A stretch of 64,000 nucleotides of DNA. Origin: an uncultured virus (IMG/VR IMGVR_UViG_3300046329_000127) (taxonomy: Duplodnaviria; Heunggongvirae; Uroviricota; Caudoviricetes). The stretch is from the IMG/VR virus record IMGVR_UViG_3300046329_000127, one strand, 5' to 3'. Within the stretch, counting starts at the first letter, position 1. Each line of letters opens with the position of its first letter. Shown here in pieces: positions 49,444-58,227 of the stretch. The notes beneath the pieces were generated by a model, which was not told where the DNA came from, did no database searches, and saw only the letters and a program-made list of their open reading frames with translations. The position numbers and the translations under genes are program-made.

Positions 49444-49896
49444 CTATTCGCCTTCAGCGATATTCGATTCAGCGATCGCCGCCAATGGTAATTCAACTTG
49501 TCTAGCGATCTCCTCTTGTCCAATACGCCCAGAGATTTGTTCTTGATTAGGAGCGATCGCCGACATTTGAGTGGCAGCGCTATTAAGTTCCCCCACAAGT
49601 TCGGCGATCAATCCCATGATCCAGCCAGTATCAAGCTGCTTTGCCAGTTTGAGGATCACCGCTTCTTTTTTGCGTTCAGTTGAGATATCAATTTCTGGCT
49701 CAAATTCGCCCTCGTCTAAAAGGATGGAGACGATCGTCTTGCGTCTCTCCAAATCGGAGAATACCTCCAAAAGCTTGTCTGCTGTTAATTCTGAATCTAC
49801 CAAGCCAGTCACTTTGATAATCTTAGTGAATCCAGCCGAGCCGCCATAAATGCTGTAAGTTTGGTCGCGAGTTTCTAGTGCTAAGGCGATTGCCAT
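49444..49896 (-). CDS. Hypothetical protein
   Basis: Acidic 150-aa ORF. Confidence 0.6.
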   Translation of the reverse strand: MAIALALETRDQTYSIYGGSAGFTKIIKVTGLVDSELTADKLLEVFSDLERRKTIVSILLDEGEFEPEIDISTERKKEAVILKLAKQLDTGWIMGLIAELVGELNSAATQMSAIAPNQEQISGRIGQEEIARQVELPLAAIAESNIAEGE

Positions 49897-49953
49897 GTTT
49901 CCAATTCCTGAAAGTGGTATATAGTAACAATTGTACTGTTTTTCGACTTATTT

Positions 49954-50229
49954 ATGAACAAAGCTGAATTTATTGACGCGATCGCGAAACAAACCCAACA
50001 AAGCAAAAAAGACATCAACCTGACTATCTCCGCAGCCCTTGACGTAATCCAAGACGTAGTTACCAAGGGTGAAAAGGTTGTTTTAGTCGGGTTCGGTACA
50101 TTCGAGGTACGCGAACGGCAAGCGCGAGAAGGGCGCAACCCTCGAACGGGTGAAAGAATGGAAATACCTGCCACCAAAGTCCCTGCTTTTAGCGCTGGTA
50201 AACAATTCAAGGAAAAAGTTGCGCCCTAA
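49954..50229 (+). CDS. hup: HU histone-like DNA-binding protein
   Basis: MNKAEFID...LVGFGTFEVRERQAREGRNPRTG...PAFSAGK. Confidence 0.95.
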   Translation: MNKAEFIDAIAKQTQQSKKDINLTISAALDVIQDVVTKGEKVVLVGFGTFEVRERQAREGRNPRTGERMEIPATKVPAFSAGKQFKEKVAP

Positions 50230-50341
50230 CCAATTTCCTGATACTGTAATTTGAAGTAAGCGATCGCGCCTTGATCGACTTTCATTGTTTGCTCTGATAA
50301 GCCACAAAAAAAGCGCCCAGTAATGAGCGCTTTTTTTGTGG

Positions 50342-50845
50342 CTATAAATAATATTTCATACTGAAGCTGACAATCACCTCAGCGTACCAATAGCTTGTTA
50401 CTATCTCTGGCGAGTTTGGAGATGCGATCGCCCTTAATGCCTGTGCAATTTTCTCATCTTGTTTGACCTGTGGCGTGGCTCGAAGCTCTGATAAGCCAGA
50501 CATACTTACACCGCACTTGACACCCCAGTCGTTGATTCTGGCTAATAGCTTCGCCCCAAGTTCCGAGGCAATGATTGAGGCGTCCTCTATTTGCTGATTC
50601 TGGACTAGGAAAGCCCTGCCCAAATAGAAAGTCTGATCCACGCTATCTTCATGCCCGTAGTCCTGTGATATTGCAGCGCCCCGTAAACCAATCTTCTCGG
50701 AATAGGTTAACAATCCTGTGTTTTGATCCCGAATTGCAGTGCTTGGAAAGTTGAAGGGGACTGTGGGATAGCCTTGATAGGTTTCAAGTAACCCCGATGA
50801 TTCGAGGTTTGCTTTTAGGCTGTTGATTGCTTCTCTTAGTGACAT
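50342..50845 (-). CDS. Putative tail terminator / completion protein
   Basis: Size and C-terminal beta strand pattern. Confidence 0.4.
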   Translation of the reverse strand: MSLREAINSLKANLESSGLLETYQGYPTVPFNFPSTAIRDQNTGLLTYSEKIGLRGAAISQDYGHEDSVDQTFYLGRAFLVQNQQIEDASIIASELGAKLLARINDWGVKCGVSMSGLSELRATPQVKQDEKIAQALRAIASPNSPEIVTSYWYAEVIVSFSMKYYL

Positions 50846-51011
50846 AGCGATCGCACTGGTAAATATGTTTATTTTAGATGAGATCGCTATGTGTGGTTAG
50901 CGGATATATCTCACCGCTTTCTTCATAGCAAGTTCGATATTGAATTGATCGACCATCACATAGCCACTATTTTACCACTTGCCGTAACTGATAATTAGTG
51001 CTAGAATAGAC

Positions 51012-51908
51012 TTGCTGAGTAGATTTTGCGCTTTGAATGTAGTTAACAATATAAAGGGTTGGGAAATAGGGGCGATCGCCCCTAATAGTATTGTCAATGC
51101 TGATTGTTTGGAAGCGATGAAGCTTATCCCAAACAAAAGTATTGATGCGATAATCGCAGATCTACCCTATGGGGTAACTTCTTGTGCTTGGGATGTAGTT
51201 ATACCTTTCGAGCCTCTATGGGAACAATATAAACGAATAATTAAAACTAATGGTGCGATCTGTCTATTTGGTTCGCAACCTTTTACCAGTGCGCTTGTGA
51301 TGAGTAATCCGCGCTGGTTTAAATGTGAATGGATTTGGGAAAAAGGGCAAGGGACTAGATTCTATGACGCAAAAAAAAGACCTTTAAATAATCATGAGAA
51401 TATATTAGTATTTTGCGAGCGAAGTCCAAGATATTATCCGCAAATGGTTAAGGTGGCAAAGTTATTAAAAGATAAAACCCCAAATAAAAGTAATCTAGAA
51501 TACACAAGCATCTATTCATCAAATTCTAATTATAGAAATAAACAATTATGGAAAGAAACTGGTTATCGATATCCTAAAACTGTTTTACATATGCCGAAAC
51601 ACAATGGATGTTTGTTTGGAGTAAATACATCTGATGCATTCAAACATCCATCCAAAAAGCCAGTACCACTTATCGAATACCTAATAAAAACATATTCCCT
51701 CGAAGGTGAGCTAATCCTAGACAACACCGCAGGCAGTGGCACATTAGCGATCGCCGCCATCAACACAAACCGCCGCTATATCTGCATCGAAAAGGATGAG
51801 CATTATTTTGAAGTGATGCGTAACAAGATCGAGAATCACGACCCGTTAGCACCGATCAAAACCAAGAAACCTAAAGCAGTGCCAAAAGGACAATTAGCAT
51901 TGTTCTAG
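51012..51908 (+). CDS. N6-A/N4-C DNA methyltransferase (beta order)
   Basis: DLPY, HPSKKP, ILDNTAGSGT. Confidence 0.9.
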   Translation: MLSRFCALNVVNNIKGWEIGAIAPNSIVNADCLEAMKLIPNKSIDAIIADLPYGVTSCAWDVVIPFEPLWEQYKRIIKTNGAICLFGSQPFTSALVMSNPRWFKCEWIWEKGQGTRFYDAKKRPLNNHENILVFCERSPRYYPQMVKVAKLLKDKTPNKSNLEYTSIYSSNSNYRNKQLWKETGYRYPKTVLHMPKHNGCLFGVNTSDAFKHPSKKPVPLIEYLIKTYSLEGELILDNTAGSGTLAIAAINTNRRYICIEKDEHYFEVMRNKIENHDPLAPIKTKKPKAVPKGQLALF

Positions 51909-52336
51909 CTACTCCAAATTTTCTCAGCCTGATCGCCGATCGCCCCTAACAACTCCTCAATAGCCTCATCCGAAACGTGAAGATAGCCATCGGGGAACGG
52001 CGACTTTTTGGCGACAATTTCTTGCTGCTCAACAGCATAGTCTAGATCTGAATAGCGAATCACTTCACCATTTTTGATCTCAACATTTCGCAGCCAATCA
52101 TCCTGCAACTTACCAGTATCGCGCCCAAAGTTTAAGCCTTGGACAGCAGGGGTTTTGCGTCCCCATCGACCGCGCAAAGTTGCATTGGTAAACTCAGTCT
52201 CGGTCGAAATGGTTTCCTGAGTCTGCTCCATGTCGGTATTGAGAATATCGAGGCGATCGCGTAGCACACCATCACCCCACTCGCTTTCTGAGAGTGTTTG
52301 CAATACTTTTAAGAGTGATCCGATATCGTTGGACAT
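51905..52336 (-). CDS. Putative neck protein (HK97 gp10-like)
   Basis: RDTGKLQDDW..DLDYAVEQ. Confidence 0.5.
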   Translation of the reverse strand: MSNDIGSLLKVLQTLSESEWGDGVLRDRLDILNTDMEQTQETISTETEFTNATLRGRWGRKTPAVQGLNFGRDTGKLQDDWLRNVEIKNGEVIRYSDLDYAVEQQEIVAKKSPFPDGYLHVSDEAIEELLGAIGDQAEKIWSS

Positions 52337-52637
52337 TATTTTTAGGGGCGATCGCTACAACCATTTTACCATTTACAGAAAATAAAAAATAAATTCTTAA
52401 GAGTGAGTGCTAGAGTCAATTGCATAATATGCTTAGGTAAGTGTTACCAATTACTGCAAGTGACAATTTTACCCATTCAAATACCAGAATGTGAGCCTAG
52501 CCAATGGCGATCGCTTGAAAAGCAATTAATAGCGATCGCCCATTCACTCGCAAGCCGTCACGCGAAAAGATTGCTGAGTTCTACGGTCAGTATGGGATTG
52601 AGTATAAGTTTGATCATGACGCGATGGATAATCAGAA

Positions 52638-53288
52638 ATGGAGGGTCAAGCTATGACACTGGTTGATTGGCAGATACAGCATCTTTGCGGCGATCGCGGT
52701 TATAAGCCTCAATGGTGGAATTTAAAAGCGCTGGCTTATAAGCACCTGATTCCATGCCCTAAAATTCCGATGATTATGCCTTACGCTCGACATCAAGTTA
52801 ACGCAGCTAGCTATGATTTAAGGCTAGGTGACAAGCTAAAAATCGCTAAAGTCGTTGATTATAGAATCCATTCTTTTTTAATTAACGGCGATCACCATGA
52901 GATGAAAGTCCCAAAAAAACCTACTGAATGGATTGATATTGATCTGTCCAATGGTTTTGAATATTGGATGCAAGATGACGATTTTATTCTTAGTGAAACA
53001 GAGCCGATCTTTCATATCCCTAGAAATGTATCTGCACAATTTGTGCTTAAATCTAGTCGCGGTCGCGAAGGGTATGAACACGCATTAGCAGGGTATATTG
53101 ATCCCGCTTGGCATAGCAGTAAACTTACTGTAGAGCTTCATAAAATCAATCCTAATCCTGTCATTTTGCATAAAGGATTATTGATTGGTCAAGTGATCTT
53201 TACTCGTACCGATGCACAGCCTATCCATGCTTACGACAAGCGCGGTCGGTACAATAATGATAATGGGGTTAGGGAGAGTAAAGGATAA
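52638..53288 (+). CDS. dcd: dCTP deaminase
   Basis: NAASYDLRLG, LKSSRGREG, AGYIDPAW, LTVEL. Confidence 0.88.
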   Translation: MEGQAMTLVDWQIQHLCGDRGYKPQWWNLKALAYKHLIPCPKIPMIMPYARHQVNAASYDLRLGDKLKIAKVVDYRIHSFLINGDHHEMKVPKKPTEWIDIDLSNGFEYWMQDDDFILSETEPIFHIPRNVSAQFVLKSSRGREGYEHALAGYIDPAWHSSKLTVELHKINPNPVILHKGLLIGQVIFTRTDAQPIHAYDKRGRYNNDNGVRESKG

Positions 53289-53884
53289 TGAGTAACCTCG
53301 GACTTTGCGGCGCACATCGCACTGGTAAAACCACACTCGCGATCGCTTTATCGGAATCATTAAATATACCTTTTGTTTCAATCGACACGACCGATATATT
53401 TAAGCGGTTCCACATTAATCCATCTAAGCCTATGGACATCCGCACTCGCATGATGGTACAAGAAAAAATACTTGAATATGCTTGTGAGACTTGGTTTGAG
53501 ATGGATACGCCTTTCATTTGCGATCGCGCTCCCATTGATATGATGGCTTATACTTTGTCAGAAGTTGGCGGCGCAACCTTAGATGAACAATTGGAAGTGC
53601 AACTCAAGAATTATCTCAAGCGATGTCGCACTGCTACAATCAAATATTTTGAGCATTTATTCTTAATCCCACCTGCAATTCCTATTATTTTTGAAGAGGG
53701 CAAAGCATCGCTAAGTGAGGGATATATAAGCCATATTCACTTGCTTTGTACTGGCTTATTTTATGAGTCCGATGTTGATGGATTTAGGATAAAAAAAGAA
53801 TGTATCGATCTATTTGAAAGAGTGCAAAAAATATCGCGATATTTGTATGCAGTTGGTTTTATTAATGAGTTAAAAAATGATTGA
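53288..53884 (+). CDS. AAA_28 / nucleotide kinase-like P-loop protein
   Basis: GAHRTGKTT, ICDRAPID. Confidence 0.75.
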   Translation: MSNLGLCGAHRTGKTTLAIALSESLNIPFVSIDTTDIFKRFHINPSKPMDIRTRMMVQEKILEYACETWFEMDTPFICDRAPIDMMAYTLSEVGGATLDEQLEVQLKNYLKRCRTATIKYFEHLFLIPPAIPIIFEEGKASLSEGYISHIHLLCTGLFYESDVDGFRIKKECIDLFERVQKISRYLYAVGFINELKND

Positions 53885-54171
53885 TGATTAACACTGAATC
53901 TTGCTGTCACGGCTTATTTTGTCGATATTCTTATGTCTGTGAAAGATACTTGAGTACAGACGATTCACAGCCATTTATTGACCCGCCTATCGTAAACAAA
54001 AATGGATATTGCAATCAACTAATTGGTCATAAAATCGATCCTCAAAATGAAGTGAAAAATATTCACTTTCGAGATATGTACCAAGAAGGATTGTTTCATA
54101 TGTGGCGACTAAGTTGGTCGAAAGAAGATCAAAAAAACTACGGAAAATTAACTAGGAATAATCATGTTTAA
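53881..54171 (+). CDS. Cys-rich hypothetical protein
   Basis: Coupled overlaps on both sides. Confidence 0.55.
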   Translation: MMINTESCCHGLFCRYSYVCERYLSTDDSQPFIDPPIVNKNGYCNQLIGHKIDPQNEVKNIHFRDMYQEGLFHMWRLSWSKEDQKNYGKLTRNNHV

Positions 54172-54967
54172 ACCGTCCGCTAAAATTATTGCTGATTCCA
54201 TTAATGAATCAGGCGATCGCTTGACTACTTTCGTGCTGACTTACCATCGCATGATTCATTCAGAATTTATGACTCATCGGATGCTGTCAAAAAACAGTTC
54301 TAGCAGCCGTGCCATACCTGTCGAAAAGATGATCGCTAAATTAATTGCTGATGATGTTTATCCACTGTATTGGGGCAAAAACCAGAAAGGGATGGTCGCC
54401 ACAAAAGAAGTAGATGAGGTGACAGAACAAAAAGCAATGAAAATATGGGATTATGCCAGAGAAGATGCGATTGGACACGCAAGCTATTTAGCTTTTATTG
54501 GCATCCATAAACAAGTCGTTAACCGCCTTTTAGAGCCATTCTCGACTATCACTGTGATTTGTTCAGGAACTGAATATCAAAACTTTTTTGATCAACGTTG
54601 TCATCCTGATGCACAACCAGAAATCAGAGCTTTAGCTGATGCAATGCGTGTGGAATATGATGCAAGCGAACCTAATTTATTGAAAGAAGGGCAATGGCAT
54701 ATACCATTTATTTCGCAAGATATGGGAGAAAGACCCGCTAACTTCCAGGATTTAATCAAAGTTGCAGTCGGATGTTGCGCCCGTGTATCCTATCTCAATC
54801 ATGATGGAGTTCGCAACATTGCAGATGATATCAAGTTGCACGATCGCCTATTAACCTCACGCCCCGCGCATCTGTCGCCATTTGAACATTGTGCGGTTGC
54901 TGCTAAAGGTAAGTTTGCTAATTTTACGGGTTGGCAAAGCTATCGTTGGCAAGTTGAAAACGCTTAA
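54164..54967 (+). CDS. thyX: FAD-dependent thymidylate synthase
   Basis: RMIHSEFMTHRMLSKNSSSSRAIP, RCHPDAQPEIR, HLSPFEH. Confidence 0.85.
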   Translation: MFKPSAKIIADSINESGDRLTTFVLTYHRMIHSEFMTHRMLSKNSSSSRAIPVEKMIAKLIADDVYPLYWGKNQKGMVATKEVDEVTEQKAMKIWDYAREDAIGHASYLAFIGIHKQVVNRLLEPFSTITVICSGTEYQNFFDQRCHPDAQPEIRALADAMRVEYDASEPNLLKEGQWHIPFISQDMGERPANFQDLIKVAVGCCARVSYLNHDGVRNIADDIKLHDRLLTSRPAHLSPFEHCAVAAKGKFANFTGWQSYRWQVENA

Positions 54968-55074
54968 TTTTGACACTCTCAGCGCTGAAGCGACTGAGAT
55001 TTTAGAGTAATTAATTGGTCAACACGCTTTAAAAGCGTGTTTTTTTTGTGCGAAAAACAATTTTCATTAAATGA

Positions 55075-55103
55075 TTGACAAATAATTAAATGATTGATAT
55101 AGT
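55075..55103 (+). promoter_or_regulatory. Sigma70 consensus promoter (early type)
   Basis: TTGACA-17-TATAGT with extended TG; spacer similar to 16179. Confidence 0.75.
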
Positions 55104-55139
55104 AATTACAGGGAACAAATTTTAAATCCACCTCAAAGG

Positions 55140-56009
55140 GTGGGCAACATCATGATTAACAATAATACAGCGACCAAAAACCCTATGAAGAGAGCCTCTC
55201 TCTTCAACTCGGCTTTAACCAACTGGAAAGTATCAGGCGATGGACAGCCCGATACGTGGCGCAGATACCACGATGAGACAGGGGAAGATCCCCTAGTGGT
55301 ATTTGCTACAATCCCATCAATGGGATTTGCAGAGGCGGTGAGCCTTCCCTTTGATCGTCCCTATAGCGCGATCGGGACTTACCGATTCGCAGGTGACAAA
55401 ACTTATAACACCACCGAGGCGAGGTGGGATGAAACCTTGCAAGATATCGTCCCGCTACCTTTCGCGGAGTTGAGTCACGCCGATCAACAAAGATATTCCC
55501 TTTGGGCTGTATGGCATGAGAAAGCCATACACAATGGCTATTACTGGCTCCCTTATGGCGGCGGTAATAACCGCCGAGGATTGAGCCATCGCTCTAACCA
55601 GCCCTATACTGTTTGGGCAATGTGGATTCGTCCCGAAAACTGCCCTCAGCTTGATTGCCTCTGGTCTGGCAGTCAAGCGCCAAAATGGGTAGACGAACCC
55701 GAATACGGGAAAGATTGGAACCTTCGCGCCGATGGCGAAGTTCAACAAATCGAGGAGGGGATTAAAGCTTATCCCCGTATTGATTTGTTGGCAGATTGGA
55801 CAACAAAAACCATAATCTGCTCATGGGATTGGCTGTGTCCTGACAGCGACGATCCTATTCAAGGGGTCAAAGTTCATAGGGGATACAAAATGTTCCCTTA
55901 TGACTCATCTGGGTCTGGGAAAGCGCAAAAGCGGATGTGGGATTGTGTCTCCTACTTCCGCAAGCTCAAAGGCAAAGACCTTGAGTTTGATGGCTCTAAA
56001 TTCCCTTAA
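55140..56009 (+). CDS. Trp-rich hypothetical protein
   Basis: Long ORF right after a strong promoter; start uncertain. Confidence 0.75.
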   Translation: MGNIMINNNTATKNPMKRASLFNSALTNWKVSGDGQPDTWRRYHDETGEDPLVVFATIPSMGFAEAVSLPFDRPYSAIGTYRFAGDKTYNTTEARWDETLQDIVPLPFAELSHADQQRYSLWAVWHEKAIHNGYYWLPYGGGNNRRGLSHRSNQPYTVWAMWIRPENCPQLDCLWSGSQAPKWVDEPEYGKDWNLRADGEVQQIEEGIKAYPRIDLLADWTTKTIICSWDWLCPDSDDPIQGVKVHRGYKMFPYDSSGSGKAQKRMWDCVSYFRKLKGKDLEFDGSKFP

Positions 56010-56127
56010 AACCGCGATCGCTAGGTAAGCCACACGGCAAAGCCTACACCCATGTGCAAGTCTGGGCGATCGCATTCCACATACTTTTTTTTGCTGAGTG
56101 TGGCAGCAATCCAATTAGGACAAAAAA

Positions 56128-56460
56128 ATGCTTTATTTAATGAATGCGCTTCCAAACGCGATCCTCATCCCCGAAGCAGGGGAGGTTCGTCAGATCATCG
56201 GACTTTCTAAGTCTGAAGCGATCTCGCTTTGGGTTTCTGCGACTGATCGCACATCGGCGGTTAGCCACGCAAGCACCGCCGATGTGCTTTGCAAAAGAGG
56301 GCTTGAGTGCGGTTTTAACCGTATTCAAGTCGCACCTACCAATGGCGACACGCTGCTAGTAGCGGCGTTCACTCCTAACCGCCGTTTAGCAGAGGGTAAG
56401 TTTTTCACCGAGGCTGAGATCCTCGAATTTCCAATCAAATTCTGCACAGTGCAGTTTTGA
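56128..56460 (+). CDS. DUF1874 / AcrIII-1-like ring nuclease
   Basis: MLYLMNA, SAVSHASTA, NRIQV..GD.LLV, RRLAEGK match the STIV B116/YddF pattern. Confidence 0.8.
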   Translation: MLYLMNALPNAILIPEAGEVRQIIGLSKSEAISLWVSATDRTSAVSHASTADVLCKRGLECGFNRIQVAPTNGDTLLVAAFTPNRRLAEGKFFTEAEILEFPIKFCTVQF

Positions 56461-56575
56461 TTGAACCCTCTTGACTCCACAGAGGTGAAAGAAAAGGAGT
56501 CGTCTTTGCATCTGCAAAGCGTTCAGGTAAGCAATACAGCTAGACCTGAGTTATCGCGCTTGGAGGCGCAATGTT

Positions 56576-56740
56576 ATGTACTATGTGCTAACCAGTAACA
56601 CAAGCTGGGTAAACGCCCCAGTTTGTGTCTTTGCAGGTGGCTTTGCCACCCATGAGGAGGCTGTTGAACATACAAAGTTCAATGGGTATCGCTGCTCAGA
56701 TCTTCTTTCTGAAGCCGAAGCCGAAGCTTTAGCTAAATGA
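56576..56740 (+). CDS. 54-aa hypothetical protein (not in track)
   Basis: GGAGG upstream; ATGA overlap with the next gene. Confidence 0.6.
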   Translation: MYYVLTSNTSWVNAPVCVFAGGFATHEEAVEHTKFNGYRCSDLLSEAEAEALAK

Positions 56741-57222
56741 GAGGCATCCTTTGGGCAGTACTGCAATCACCCCTTTCAGTACTGCCCGTTTTTGATTGGG
56801 GTAAACCACATCACATAACCTTGTTTTATGATGTGGAAAAAACTCAATATCAGGACTTAATTGATATTGAGTTTGAAGCAACAGCGATCGCGCATCTTTG
56901 TAATAAAGATATTCAAGCGATCGCTTTTTTGATGCCCGACGGTATCCCTCATAAACCTAATCCACATCTCACGATTAGCTATCGCGAGGGGATAAAACCA
57001 GTAAAAAGCAATGAGTTAATGGTCATCAATAGCGATCGCGTGATTACGCTATTCTCCCAAAAACTCAATTTTAAGATTGAGTTTTTTGAGTTTCCAGAAT
57101 GCCAACACCACTGGCGCAAAAATGGAACAAAAAACGGCTTGCAAAAATATTCTTGCAAGCTTTGCGGAAAGTCAAAAACTGAAGGTGATCGCCCTATAGG
57201 TCGTCAAGCAAAGCTACAATAA
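56737..57222 (+). CDS. 2H phosphoesterase with C-terminal Zn ribbon
   Basis: HHITLF and PHLTIS (two HxT), GIKPVKSNEL; CQH..KNG...YSCKLCG. Confidence 0.75.
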   Translation: MRGILWAVLQSPLSVLPVFDWGKPHHITLFYDVEKTQYQDLIDIEFEATAIAHLCNKDIQAIAFLMPDGIPHKPNPHLTISYREGIKPVKSNELMVINSDRVITLFSQKLNFKIEFFEFPECQHHWRKNGTKNGLQKYSCKLCGKSKTEGDRPIGRQAKLQ

Positions 57223-57347
57223 GTAAATACACACTTGAATAGGCTCGGAAAGCCTTTCTTGCTGCTGTTTTAACCAAAGTCAAATTTTCAAAGCCGCCTT
57301 TTTAGTGTCAAAAATTCGCGCTAAAATAAAGAGGAAAGTATAAATCC

Positions 57348-57764
57348 ATGCGTAAAACAATTAATCAAAAACTTCGCAGAGTTGGCGATCTCCTAGCAAA
57401 GATAGATCGCAGATTAGGCTACTTAGTGCCGCGATTCTATTGGCGGCGATCAGGCGTGGATAGTTTGCTACAGCCCTTTGAATGGCAAGAGATCCCATCA
57501 TGGAATGTGAGTAACAATGGTTTTGGTGCGACCGATGGCGGCGATCAGGTATTTATTGGTGAACAGAAAGAGCGATCGTTCTCCGTGAAGGTAAATAAGG
57601 ATTGGTTTGAGACGCATCGGGGGAATGAGCTTAGGTATGAATACGGTTTTAGGTTTGCTGATGATGACGAGTTAAAGCCATGTTCGTTCTTGAATCATTC
57701 TGCCAATGACGCTGATACGTTTAGTGTCATCAGTTTTCAGGAAGTTCGTTTGGGTGGGATTTAA
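57348..57764 (+). CDS. Hypothetical protein (possible head closure)
   Basis: ORF only. Confidence 0.55.
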   Translation: MRKTINQKLRRVGDLLAKIDRRLGYLVPRFYWRRSGVDSLLQPFEWQEIPSWNVSNNGFGATDGGDQVFIGEQKERSFSVKVNKDWFETHRGNELRYEYGFRFADDDELKPCSFLNHSANDADTFSVISFQEVRLGGI

Positions 57765-57971
57765 TGTTGAAGCCAAATGTTGATTGGGCAAATATTCCCG
57801 CGATCGCCGAACCATCTGCACTAGAGCTATTGGCGGCGATCGCGCCTTAGTCCATCGCTAAAAGCGCAGCCATTTATTTGGCTGCGCTTTTTTATTGCCA
57901 TTTTCATTTTTGGTAATTGACAAATGGATATAAGTTCGCTTATACTTTCTTATATTGAGTTCAATACATTT

Positions 57972-58130
57972 ATGGCACAAGTTCAATTGATTGTAGAAGT
58001 GGATGAAGAGTTCAAGGAAACACTTAAAACTCTTGCCAAGAAAGAGGATCGCACTCTCAAGGCTTTTGTTACTCGCGCTCTCAAAGATGCTGCGATCGCT
58101 AGGGCTGAAGAGATGGAGCGCGTAGCATGA
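57972..58130 (+). CDS. Ribbon-helix-helix (Arc-like) regulator
   Basis: LIVEVDEEFKETLKTLAKKEDRTLKAFVTRAL. Confidence 0.75.
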   Translation: MAQVQLIVEVDEEFKETLKTLAKKEDRTLKAFVTRALKDAAIARAEEMERVA

Positions 58131-58227
58131 GTGAATACCAACTTGTTCGCTGGGAAATCGAAAAATCTCAAAGCTACAACGCGAAGCTTCACGCGCAAAA
58201 TTTAGAGCTTACACAGAGGTTGGGGCT

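Noticed and set aside
57099..57222. IS1 element
   Set aside because: Only an InsA-like Zn ribbon fused in frame; no InsB or terminal repeats
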